The notes below the pieces were generated by a model, which was given only the letters and a program-made list of their open reading frames with translations, was not told the DNA's origin and made no database searches. From IMG/VR virus record IMGVR_UViG_3300032053_000078, positions 1 to 60,386 of that record: a stretch of DNA of 60,386 bases; one strand, written 5' to 3'. Below are positions 19,658-27,871 of the stretch, one piece after another (the first letter of the stretch is position 1; each line of letters begins with the position of its first letter). Source of the stretch: a virus (Duplodnaviria > Caudoviricetes). Position numbers and translations under genes: made by a program.

Positions 19658-19983
19658 TCTTGCTTTCCTTCCCGGTTGGCGAGTTCTGCTTTCCGGCTGG
19701 CGAGTTCTTCCGGGCTGTGGTGTGGCGGCCACGGCTTCTCGGTGTTGGCGACGATCCAGTCGATCGCCTCTTGGCGTTTGGCGAACTTCGGTCCCATCAC
19801 ATCGGGTTGCCCGGTGTAGGTGAGCCACGCCGACCATTGCCCGTCGGGCATCCGTCTTGCTGTGCCGAGGTCGCTGTCGCGCTTCCACCCGGCGAACGAC
19901 AGGACAAGCCACGCCGCTTGATCGCCGCGGCCGAGGCGTTTGAGTGTGTAGGGAACGAAACCTACTGGCGGTGGAGTTGTCAT
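19654..19983 (-). CDS. early hypothetical protein (MTTPPPVG...)
   Basis: GAGGTG RBS; coupled ORF. Confidence 0.65.
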   Translation of the reverse strand: MTTPPPVGFVPYTLKRLGRGDQAAWLVLSFAGWKRDSDLGTARRMPDGQWSAWLTYTGQPDVMGPKFAKRQEAIDWIVANTEKPWPPHHSPEELASRKAELANREGKQE

Positions 19984-19985
19984 GG

Positions 19986-20309
19986 TCACACCTCGTTCGC
20001 GTTCGACCAGCATGACCGGCACACTTCGAGGTACTCGGCGGGTTCTTCCATCGTCTGCCGCCGGACCTGTTCCGACGTGAGGGTGTCGGCCTTGACGTCA
20101 GCGCCGCACACCTCGCACTCGCCGTACTCGACGATCTCCAACTCGCCACCCCACATCGGGGCGGGGCTGTGGTCGTCGTCGTCGAAGTCGACGAAGATCC
20201 ACTGGCCTCCGACGTCGTCGCGGACGGAGTCGACGATCCCGGTCTTGCCGTGAGTCGTCGTGTGGGTTGCGGTGACAAGGATGTGGTCGCCCACATAGAA
20301 CTTGCTCAT
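19986..20309 (-). CDS. early hypothetical protein (SH3/KOW-like N-terminus plus CxxC pairs)
   Basis: MSKFYVGDHILV...GKTGIV; CEVC and CRSC. Confidence 0.6.
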   Translation of the reverse strand: MSKFYVGDHILVTATHTTTHGKTGIVDSVRDDVGGQWIFVDFDDDDHSPAPMWGGELEIVEYGECEVCGADVKADTLTSEQVRRQTMEEPAEYLEVCRSCWSNANEV

Positions 20310-20467
20310 GCCTTCGCCTCCTGATCCGAGATGATCGACACCATGTAGCCGAGGTATTCCAGATTGGAGCGGAGCACGATGGCGTCCTTGATGGTGAGTC
20401 CGGCGCGGACCTTGGTCAGATCGTTGGCGTCGGTGTAACAAACTTTGTAAGTCGGGGTGGTGGTCAT
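20306..20467 (-). CDS. small early protein (MTTTPTY...)
   Basis: AAGGAGCACCACC-ATG start downstream of promoter. Confidence 0.7.
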   Translation of the reverse strand: MTTTPTYKVCYTDANDLTKVRAGLTIKDAIVLRSNLEYLGYMVSIISDQEAKA

Positions 20468-20500
20468 GGTGGTGCTCCTTCTTCCTTGCCCTACACCTAA

Positions 20501-20529
20501 AGTGTAGCACCACGCACTACGATAAGCAA
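20501..20529 (-). promoter_or_regulatory. sigma-A-like early promoter
   Basis: TTGCTT-17 nt-TACACT. Confidence 0.75.
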
Positions 20530-20534
20530 CCCCG

Positions 20535-20738
20535 TTAGTCCTCGGGCAACCGCAACGACTCCGCCAACTCCGCGATCCTCGCCCGCATCGCATCACCCGA
20601 GATATGCCGCGGAACCTTCCCCGACAAGATGTCCTCCGCCTGCTCCGGCGTCCACCCCACCCGCACCAACGCCGACGCCACACACCCCGGCTCGCACTCG
20701 TCATCCGGCCCGACGCCGCAACCCGCACAGGATTTCAT
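20535..20738 (-). CDS. small Cys-containing hypothetical protein
   Basis: MKSCAGCG...CEPGC ORF. Confidence 0.5.
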   Translation of the reverse strand: MKSCAGCGVGPDDECEPGCVASALVRVGWTPEQAEDILSGKVPRHISGDAMRARIAELAESLRLPED

Positions 20739-20841
20739 CGTGCCCCCCAACGAACCGGACGGCCAGCGGTGCGACCCTCCAGAGCACCACCCCGAGAGAG
20801 GACACATTCACTGGCCGTCCGAACCCTGAGCATAGCCACGC

Positions 20842-21378
20842 TCACCGCAGCAACCGTTCCGGGTACGACCCGAAGATCCCGGGCTGCCAATCAGCAGCCG
20901 ACACCACAAACGGCTCCTCCGCTGGGAGGTGCGCTGTCCGAGCCGCCGCCGAACGCGGTGCCGGAGCTGCCGGTCCCGTGTCGAAGTCCGGTTCCCGACC
21001 GAACGACCCGCCGCCCACCTTCTCGTTCCGGGTGATCGCCGCGGTCGCCCACTTCAAGTCAGCGCCAACCGCTTCCGCGACCAACTCAACCTTCGACCGG
21101 TTCCCACCAGACTCCTTGTCCTCCCACGTCTGCTGATCCAACCGGCCCATCACGATCACCCGGTTCCCTTTCGACAACGTCTCAGCCACGTTCTCACCGA
21201 GCTTGCCCCAAGCGATCACATCGAAGAACGACACCTTCTCCTCCCACTCGTCGCCCTTCTGCCAACGCCGGTTCACCGCCAACCCAAACTTCGCCAACGC
21301 CATCCCCGTCGGGGTAAACGCCAACTCCGGGTCTCTGGTCACGTTCCCCACGATGGTCACACAGTTGTCAATCGCCAC
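20842..21378 (-). CDS. ssb: single-stranded DNA-binding protein
   Basis: VTIVGNVTRDPEL, FFDVIAWGKLGENVAETLSKGNRVIVMGRL; actinobacterial SSB type. Confidence 0.95.
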   Translation of the reverse strand: MAIDNCVTIVGNVTRDPELAFTPTGMALAKFGLAVNRRWQKGDEWEEKVSFFDVIAWGKLGENVAETLSKGNRVIVMGRLDQQTWEDKESGGNRSKVELVAEAVGADLKWATAAITRNEKVGGGSFGREPDFDTGPAAPAPRSAAARTAHLPAEEPFVVSAADWQPGIFGSYPERLLR

Positions 21379-21787
21379 GAGTGGCCTGCCTTTCGTTGTC
21401 GAATGTCACCAAGATTTCAAGCCCCGGCTTGTCGAGATGTTCAGGGTCAACCAGCACAGCGGACACCGCCGCCGTTGCCGCCGACCCGCCGTCGATGCGA
21501 GGTGCCCACCGGGCGGCCAGATCCTTCGGGACGTGACCGACGAACCCGTGACGACCCAACAGCGGAACATGAACCTCGATCGCGTTAGCGTCGTACTCGT
21601 TGTCAGGGTTGCGGACCAGCAGCACCGCAGGCATCACCGGGGTCTCGTCGAGATCGTCGAACGACGACGCCGACTTGATCGCCTCAACCCGAGACGCCTC
21701 CACAGCATCAGCAACAGCGAGCAGCGTGGCCGGGTACCCGGGGCGGAACGTCAACCCCACAACCTTCACCGACTGGGCGTCGGTCAC
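21368..21787 (-). CDS. HIRAN domain protein
   Basis: VKVVGLTFR...LVRNPDNEYDANAIEV...VGHVPKDLA. Confidence 0.85.
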   Translation of the reverse strand: MTDAQSVKVVGLTFRPGYPATLLAVADAVEASRVEAIKSASSFDDLDETPVMPAVLLVRNPDNEYDANAIEVHVPLLGRHGFVGHVPKDLAARWAPRIDGGSAATAAVSAVLVDPEHLDKPGLEILVTFDNERQATRGD

Positions 21788-22755
21788 TGGTCGACCTCCA
21801 ACCAGCCGAGCACAGCGAACACCGTTTCCTCATCCCACTCGCGAGGATCGGACTTCCCGTCAACCCCCAAAGATTTCAGAAACGCCGCGTACAACTTTGC
21901 TTCCTCAGCGGTCAGCCCTGCGGCCAACTCGATCAGCGTGTCGACCCGTTCCGCCAGACCAGATGTCTCACCGGCAGACGATTCGGCGACCGGGGGTTGC
22001 GCCCCCAACACCACCGCCTGATCCACCAACATTCGGGCATCAGCCTCAGTCGCAGGTTTCGTCACCCTCAACCCGTTCGACTTCGCCCACGCCGTCAACT
22101 CAACCGACCGGGAACCCAACCCGTTGATCTCTTTCCGCAGCTCCGACAGCGTCGCGTCCGACGGCGGGAGCAGCGACGGGTCGGCGTCGGTCACGTCGGC
22201 CTCGACCACCGAACTGTCCGAAACCTCAGAGTCAGGGGCGTTGCTGTCATCAGCGGATGTCGCTTCGGGGTCGCGCTTCCCCGCCGCTTCCAACGCCCTC
22301 TCCGGTTGCGCCGCAGCGATCGCCACCTGAGACGTACCCGCGCCGATCGCCCGGATCTCAGCGTCACGTTGACGCCACACCACCAGCGCCTTCAAGTCGG
22401 TCATGTCGTCGGGGTACCCGGCGCGCTTCAACGCCCGCCCCAACGCTTTCGTGCAAAGAATGTTCCACTTGTCCGACAGGTGGTCGAGCGAAGCGTCGCC
22501 GCCGCGCAACTTCGACTCGACCGGCTTGTAACCGACCACCGGGCGACGACCGGACCCCTCGGGGAAGTTGATCGTCGCCACACAGAACTGGCCTCCGCCG
22601 CCGACCTTGGCTGGGATGCCCAGCTCCGACCCGGGTGCCTCGTGGAAGTCGACCCACGCCCCCGGATGATCGTCCAAGGCGAGACCCCATCGGAGACCCG
22701 GGCTTGCGTACGTCGGACTAAGAGCAGCCATCAGGATCTCCACTCGATTCGGCAA
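21784..22755 (-). CDS. putative ssDNA-annealing/recombination protein (Rad52/ERF-like)
   Basis: CTKALGRALKRAG helix motif; clustered with HIRAN and SSB; start uncertain. Confidence 0.45.
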   Translation of the reverse strand: MPNRVEILMAALSPTYASPGLRWGLALDDHPGAWVDFHEAPGSELGIPAKVGGGGQFCVATINFPEGSGRRPVVGYKPVESKLRGGDASLDHLSDKWNILCTKALGRALKRAGYPDDMTDLKALVVWRQRDAEIRAIGAGTSQVAIAAAQPERALEAAGKRDPEATSADDSNAPDSEVSDSSVVEADVTDADPSLLPPSDATLSELRKEINGLGSRSVELTAWAKSNGLRVTKPATEADARMLVDQAVVLGAQPPVAESSAGETSGLAERVDTLIELAAGLTAEEAKLYAAFLKSLGVDGKSDPREWDEETVFAVLGWLEVDQ

Positions 22756-22805
22756 CTAAGGCAACTACTACTGTAGCAGTTCACACGACAGATGTCGTCA
22801 GGATT

Positions 22806-23258
22806 TCATCGGGTGACGACGTGGACGTACACCCGTTCCTTGCACAACGGGTCGGCCAACCGGGGGGCGTCGCCGGGGTTCCCGGCGAGCAACGCCTTCA
22901 CCAACCATCCGGCGTCACGCAACCCGACCAGCGCCGCGACCAACGCCCGATCCCGGGCGGCGACGGAGACCAAGTCAGGAGCCGACGGCCACGCGGTCTG
23001 CGGTAACCCCAACCGGTCAGCGTCCGCAGCAGCCAAAGCCGCAGCGCCGCGACCAGCAGTGTGCATCACGAGACAACCTTGCGGGAGAGCCGCCACAGCA
23101 GCCCTCAGCGCCTCCCATTCAGCTTCGGCTTCTTCCCGCCGCACAGCGACGACAGCGGCCAGCTCGTAGGGCACAGGGCTGCCGTCAGGCATCGTGGACG
23201 GATCAGCCCACCAGTCCGGGCCGTCGACGACAACAGCGGTCAACCGTTCCTCGGTCAC
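22806..23258 (-). CDS. hypothetical protein
   Basis: GTGA-coupled 150-aa ORF. Confidence 0.55.
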   Translation of the reverse strand: MTEERLTAVVVDGPDWWADPSTMPDGSPVPYELAAVVAVRREEAEAEWEALRAAVAALPQGCLVMHTAGRGAAALAAADADRLGLPQTAWPSAPDLVSVAARDRALVAALVGLRDAGWLVKALLAGNPGDAPRLADPLCKERVYVHVVTR

Positions 23259-23434
23259 TCCCGCCCAGCCCGGATTTCAGCGTCCCACTTCGCGACGTAC
23301 GCAGCCTCCTCGATCTTGCGGTCGGGATGGTTGTCGAACGCCCGGGCCGCCTGCTCTACCCGGCACCGGTCAGCGATCGACAGGTTCGGCAGGAGACGGA
23401 CCACACTGGCGCGCTTCTTCTGCTCGTAGTTCAC
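23255..23434 (-). CDS. small hypothetical protein (VNYEQKKR...)
   Basis: GGAGG RBS; GTGA coupling. Confidence 0.55.
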   Translation of the reverse strand: MNYEQKKRASVVRLLPNLSIADRCRVEQAARAFDNHPDRKIEEAAYVAKWDAEIRAGRE

Positions 23435-23598
23435 GTCACCTCCTCCGGCCAGATACCGGAGAACGCCGCCGAACGGACCTCCGCTTTCACCAGCTCTGCT
23501 TTGACCTCGGCCAGCTCCGCTTTGAGCCGCTTGATCTCCGCGTGCTGAACATGCAACTTCGCGGTGGCTTCCTCCGCCACCCGTTGCCAACCATCCAT
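23431..23598 (-). CDS. 55-aa coiled-coil protein not in the ORF track (MDGWQRVAEEATAK...)
   Basis: manual translation; heptad repeat IKRLKAELAEVKAEL; fills the gap between coupled genes. Confidence 0.6.
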   Translation of the reverse strand: MDGWQRVAEEATAKLHVQHAEIKRLKAELAEVKAELVKAEVRSAAFSGIWPEEVT

Positions 23599-23599
23599 G

Positions 23600-23842
23600 T
23601 CATGCTTCCTTTCGGTGGGCGCGGGCGATTGCCTCGCGGAACTGTGTCTTGCGTGCGACCGCCAACGAGTCGGCGGTGAGCTTCGGGGGATTCGGGGCGA
23701 GGAAGTCGAACAGCGCCACCAGCGGTGCCGTCATGTTCGTCTCGCTGAGCAAACCCGGGTCGACGATCTGCTGCCAGTAGAACCGGCCCGGGGTGCTCCA
23801 ACGGAGGTTGAGGATCGGGTAACCGTCGGTGTCCATCGTCAT
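23600..23842 (-). CDS. hypothetical protein
   Basis: ATGA-coupled 80-aa ORF. Confidence 0.6.
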   Translation of the reverse strand: MTMDTDGYPILNLRWSTPGRFYWQQIVDPGLLSETNMTAPLVALFDFLAPNPPKLTADSLAVARKTQFREAIARAHRKEA

Positions 23843-24573
23843 GCCCCTTTCCGGCAGGTCGGGCCGATCCCGAGCTGGCGTGAGATTTCATCGGTCAGGT
23901 GGCGGTTGCAGTGCGAGCAACGACCGATCTCTTGACCGTACAACTGGGCTGCGGCTTCGACCCCGGCCTCGACGATCCGGTCGAGGATCGAGCGGACCCG
24001 GGCGAAGTCCCGAATCGGTGAGTCGGGGTGACCGCCGACGACCATCTTCAGGAAGGTGCGACCGGCCCACTTGCCTTTCTCGGGGCGGTCGACCCGGACG
24101 AACAGCAGGTCGTTATGGCCGCCCGAAGCGACGGCGTAGTAGCCCTCGGGGACGTCGGGGAGTGGGCCACCGGGTGACGGTGTGCGAGGTGCGGCGGCGG
24201 CTTTGGTGACCCGGTGCAGGACTGAGCCGTCGCGGGCGGTCCCGGCGTCGGAGGTGATGACCGCCTCGACGGTGTCACCCGATGCCTTCGTGATCGTGAT
24301 GGTGTCGCCGACGTCCTTGCCGGGGGGGCCGGTGACCAGCCACTCGCCGTCGTACTTGATCCAACGGAAGTTCGGGTCGGCAGCTTTCGCTGCGGCGAGG
24401 ATTTCAGCGATGGCAGCCGAGGCGTCGTTCGAGCTGAACTCGGCGATTGCGGCGGCGGTGTAGTCCTGCGCTGCGGCGAACTCGGGGTTGTCGGCGATCA
24501 GCTTCGTCAGGAACGCGGCCTGCCGCGGGGAGATGGGTCGTCCTTGTGGGATGTGGATTGTGGTGGTGCTCAT
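23839..24573 (-). CDS. early protein with C-terminal DUF6011-like zinc finger
   Basis: SPRQAAFL N-terminal motif; YGQEIGRCSHCNRHLTDEISRQLGIGPTC. Confidence 0.75.
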   Translation of the reverse strand: MSTTTIHIPQGRPISPRQAAFLTKLIADNPEFAAAQDYTAAAIAEFSSNDASAAIAEILAAAKAADPNFRWIKYDGEWLVTGPPGKDVGDTITITKASGDTVEAVITSDAGTARDGSVLHRVTKAAAAPRTPSPGGPLPDVPEGYYAVASGGHNDLLFVRVDRPEKGKWAGRTFLKMVVGGHPDSPIRDFARVRSILDRIVEAGVEAAAQLYGQEIGRCSHCNRHLTDEISRQLGIGPTCRKGA

Positions 24574-24579
24574 ATGTTC

Positions 24580-24608
24580 ATCATAACGTCTAGCCTCACG
24601 ATACGCAA
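24580..24608 (-). promoter_or_regulatory. sigma-A-like promoter, leaderless transcript
   Basis: TTGCGT-17 nt-TATGAT-6 nt-ATG. Confidence 0.8.
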
Positions 24609-24615
24609 CCCCGGA

Positions 24616-24987
24616 TCAGGAACCGCCTTCCGCCCGCCCCGCCAACAGCGCAGTCCCCCCCGGGACGTGCTTCCACAACTTGTTCGCCGCCACGATCTCA
24701 GGGAACCCCAACTCCAACCGGGCAAGGTTCGCCTCGTCGAGGAAGATGCACGCGTCGAAGATCCGGTCCAACCCCGACCCCGGCGGATACCCACCTTCAC
24801 GGGCGAACTTGTGCAACGCCTGATTCGCCGTCTTGGTCGAGATCAGGTTCAACCACAACGCCGCCTTCCGCCCCATCTCAGCGTCGACCCGCCCGTCAAG
24901 GTGGACAGCGACGCCTTTCCCCTCATCGACCAGCGAGAGGCTTTGGTCGTCGAGCACTTTGAGCCGGTACAACGGGATCGAGTTCAT
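24616..24987 (-). CDS. hypothetical protein (MNSIPLYRL...)
   Basis: ATG 6 nt downstream of the -10 element of the 24994-25022 promoter. Confidence 0.65.
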   Translation of the reverse strand: MNSIPLYRLKVLDDQSLSLVDEGKGVAVHLDGRVDAEMGRKAALWLNLISTKTANQALHKFAREGGYPPGSGLDRIFDACIFLDEANLARLELGFPEIVAANKLWKHVPGGTALLAGRAEGGS

Positions 24988-24993
24988 CACCCC

Positions 24994-25022
24994 ACCGTAG
25001 GGAATGACCTCGCGATACACAA
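24994..25022 (-). promoter_or_regulatory. sigma-A-like promoter, leaderless transcript
   Basis: TTGTGT-17 nt-TACGGT-6 nt-ATG. Confidence 0.7.
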
Positions 25023-25031
25023 CGTCGGATT

Positions 25032-25775
25032 TCAAGAAAGCGGAGGACGCCTCAACACATGGAGATACGACACGTTCTGCCGGGCGTGCTGCTGGGTCGA
25101 CGGCGTCCGACCCACACCACCACACTCAACGCACTTCACCCAGTTCTCGTCCAGCGCGAACCCGCCGCACCTGCCGCACTTGCGGGTCCGAGGTGGCTGC
25201 GGTCGAACCGACCCAAGGAACACGAACCAGTCCTCCAACCGAAACCCGAAGTCCAACGCCGCTTCCAACGCCAGATACGAGCCGGGGAACAACTTGCCGG
25301 AGCTGACATAGTTCGCCGTCTTGGCAAGCAAGATCCCGCCCGGGCGCAACACCCGCCACGACTCCTGCAACCCGCCTTCGATCATTTCAGCCAACGCCTT
25401 CGGCGACCCCGGCGCATCCTTCAACCCGTACCGCCCGTTGAACTCCTCCAACGTCGACGTACCCCTGCCGCCAACACTCACATACGGCGGGTCGAACGCG
25501 ACAGCGTCGAAGCACCCGTCGCCGTGAGGGAGCTGACGGAAGTCGACGCCGTCACCGTCGATGTCGTGGCAGACCAACTCGTTCGGCTGCCAGTCACGCC
25601 ACCACACCCCTTTGCCGTACGTCGGGTCCAACACCCGGTCCTCCGGGCGGAGGAACCCGAGCGGGACGACACCGCGGGCGATCAGTTCAGCGTTCGACCG
25701 CCACGGGCGAACCCCAACCCCGTCGGGATACCACAGGCCGGTCGCGGTGATGGTCGGGGCGTCGAGGTCGGTCAC
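25032..25775 (-). CDS. amino (N6A/N4C) DNA methyltransferase with CxxC-CxxC insertion
   Basis: VLDPTYGKG (SAM binding), FDPPY (catalytic), RVLRPGG; CGRC...CVEC near C-terminus. Confidence 0.85.
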   Translation of the reverse strand: MTDLDAPTITATGLWYPDGVGVRPWRSNAELIARGVVPLGFLRPEDRVLDPTYGKGVWWRDWQPNELVCHDIDGDGVDFRQLPHGDGCFDAVAFDPPYVSVGGRGTSTLEEFNGRYGLKDAPGSPKALAEMIEGGLQESWRVLRPGGILLAKTANYVSSGKLFPGSYLALEAALDFGFRLEDWFVFLGSVRPQPPRTRKCGRCGGFALDENWVKCVECGGVGRTPSTQQHARQNVSYLHVLRRPPLS

Positions 25776-25787
25776 CCCCCGAGACTG

Positions 25788-25985
25788 TCACCAAACACGC
25801 GAGCCGCGCACGACGAACGCCCCGGGCTGTTCCACGATCGGTTCAACGGCGACAACACGAAAGTTCCGCCACACCTTGCCGGGGGGGTAACGGTCGGGTT
25901 CCATCGTGACGAACAATGCTTTCGCCCGGCCGTTGCGGATCACCTGCAACAGCGCCGCCCGCTTCTGTTCGGTTGGGTCGGTCAC
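25788..25985 (-). CDS. small hypothetical protein
   Basis: GTGA-coupled ORF. Confidence 0.5.
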   Translation of the reverse strand: MTDPTEQKRAALLQVIRNGRAKALFVTMEPDRYPPGKVWRNFRVVAVEPIVEQPGAFVVRGSRVW

Positions 25986-26305
25986 CCTTCGAGGCGTTCA
26001 AGGTAAGCGGCCTCAGCCTCGTCGATCCACGAGCGTTCGGTGTACGCGGGGCCGTCGCACTTGTGGCCGACGCAAGTGCGCTCACCAGCAGGGACCGGGA
26101 GACCGCAGCGACCGTCGATGCGACCGTCCTCGGTCCAAACCCACACCAGCTCCGAGCAGAGGATCGGTTCGACCTCTCCGTCGTGGAGGTGGGCGACACG
26201 GTTGCCAGCGTCGTCGACCGTCTCGAACTTGACGCCTTGACTGGCGTGATCGGAGAGGATGCCGTGGTTCCAGTCCTGACCGTACATTCCTACGAGTGCT
26301 TTCAT
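25982..26305 (-). CDS. early hypothetical protein (MKALVGMY...)
   Basis: AGGAGCACCACCACA-ATG start. Confidence 0.65.
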   Translation of the reverse strand: MKALVGMYGQDWNHGILSDHASQGVKFETVDDAGNRVAHLHDGEVEPILCSELVWVWTEDGRIDGRCGLPVPAGERTCVGHKCDGPAYTERSWIDEAEAAYLERLEG

Positions 26306-26324
26306 TGTGGTGGTGCTCCTGATT

Positions 26325-26652
26325 CGCTGTCGGATCTGTTGTCTGCACGAGTGCCTTGATCGAGTTCGGGCCGGGATTTCAGCTTCCCCTACCTTCCCCC
26401 TTCGATGCACCTCCGGGTTACTCTCGGTTCTTCCTACTCGCCCGTTCTCCGCGTTCGCTCACCTACTTGACCCATCCATCCACCACCCTTCGTTCAGGGG
26501 TCGCCCGGCCGCTAAACCGGGGCGTGATCGTTAGCCGTCAGGGGTGGCTTCGTTTGGCGGGCTTGATGGCTCCTCCGCGGTCCCGAACTCTATCGAGACG
26601 CTCGTGCCGATTTCGTTGACCCGACTCCTTCCTGCGGGGGGCTTTCCCCTAC
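26325..26652 (-). ncRNA. putative structured ncRNA or long leader (RNA-1)
   Basis: downstream of a promoter; long-range stems 26578-26607/26345-26373 and 26618-26625/26329-26336; motifs shared with 55975-56302. Confidence 0.65.
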
Positions 26653-26658
26653 AGGAAC

Positions 26659-26687
26659 ATTGTATCACGCCACGCTACGTTAGACAA
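26659..26687 (-). promoter_or_regulatory. sigma-A-like promoter for RNA-1
   Basis: TTGTCT-17 nt-TACAAT. Confidence 0.8.
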
Positions 26688-26874
26688 CGGTGTTTGTGTT
26701 CAGGTTCAGCCGCTTCGTCACAACCTTGAACGACGGCCCGAAGAACTCCGCACGCACCCGAGCCTCATGGAACGACGGCCACAGCTCAACCTGCTGACCC
26801 ACATCGTTCTGCACCGAGAACACCAACGTCGTGTTCAACCGGGCCGACCCATCCGAGTTACCGCAGCAGCCCAT
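26680..26874 (-). CDS. small MGCCG protein
   Basis: 64-aa ORF; TAGGCT 6 nt before the ATG. Confidence 0.6.
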   Translation of the reverse strand: MGCCGNSDGSARLNTTLVFSVQNDVGQQVELWPSFHEARVRAEFFGPSFKVVTKRLNLNTNTVV

Positions 26875-26985
26875 CGTCGAAGCCTAGACGCGACACCGGC
26901 CCCCGGGAAGGAGTCCGAAGGGGCCGATGTCAGCGGGATGAGCGTCAGCGGTGGGACGGACCGCCCACCCCGCGAGTGAGATGGG

Positions 26986-27786
26986 CTAGCTGGCGTTGCT
27001 GACCCCGACGTACGCACAATCTTCGAGCGGATCGGGAAGCGTGGCAACGGTCTGCCATGCCATCGGGCCGCCCGCCTGAATGGCGGTCTGATCGGCGAGA
27101 GTCCAAGCATCAGCAGCGATGCCGTTCGGGAGCACCGGACCAGCGACACCGGTCGGCGTGCCAGCCGGGTCACCACCACCGGGAGTCCACGACGGGAACG
27201 TCGCAGCGGGCCACGACGGGAAGAAGTTGGGGTTGTTCTCCGCGTACCCGGACAGCTCGAACGTGAGCGCATCCTCGTACTTGAACGACACGTCCCCGGT
27301 GATCTCCCAGTTCTTCGTCGTCGAGAGAAGCCACTGGACGTACACCGCGGACCCGGCACCGCCAACGCCGCACTGCGCCCGGTTGGCGTTCTTCGACCAC
27401 ACCTCGATCATCTTCGGGTCGGGAGCGACAGCCGACTTCGACTCGCGAAGCACAGCGCCCTTGAAGTCGCCTGCGGTCGTCGAGTGGAGCAGCGTCGTGT
27501 CGAGCAGCATCTCCAACGCCGTCAGAGGAACACCGCAAAGCATCAGCTTCACGTCGAACCCGAGGAGACGAGGGATGTCCTTGTCACGGATGCAGATTTG
27601 CCCGGCGGCGTTCTTCATCGTGATGTTCGCGCCGTCCTCAGTGTCGGGCGACATGGACATCTCGGTGAACGCAGCGAACTGGATGCGACTGTTGGGGACC
27701 AGCGGGTCAAGAGGGACCCCGCACTCGTTGAGGCGCGTGATACGAACTGCCACGCCTCGGATTGACTGTGGGCAGGAATACGCCAC
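26986..27786 (-). CDS. major tail protein
   Basis: IRGVAVRITRLNECGVP and KNAAGQIC motifs as in cluster-B-like actinophage tail tube proteins; GGGAGG RBS. Confidence 0.85.
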   Translation of the reverse strand: MAYSCPQSIRGVAVRITRLNECGVPLDPLVPNSRIQFAAFTEMSMSPDTEDGANITMKNAAGQICIRDKDIPRLLGFDVKLMLCGVPLTALEMLLDTTLLHSTTAGDFKGAVLRESKSAVAPDPKMIEVWSKNANRAQCGVGGAGSAVYVQWLLSTTKNWEITGDVSFKYEDALTFELSGYAENNPNFFPSWPAATFPSWTPGGGDPAGTPTGVAGPVLPNGIAADAWTLADQTAIQAGGPMAWQTVATLPDPLEDCAYVGVSNAS

Positions 27787-27871
27787 GATGTGCCTCCCGG
27801 TTCAGGGGTAACTTCTTTGGACGCCGATGACGCTACCGGCGGCCCCCCACTGATTCGCGGATACTCGACGG

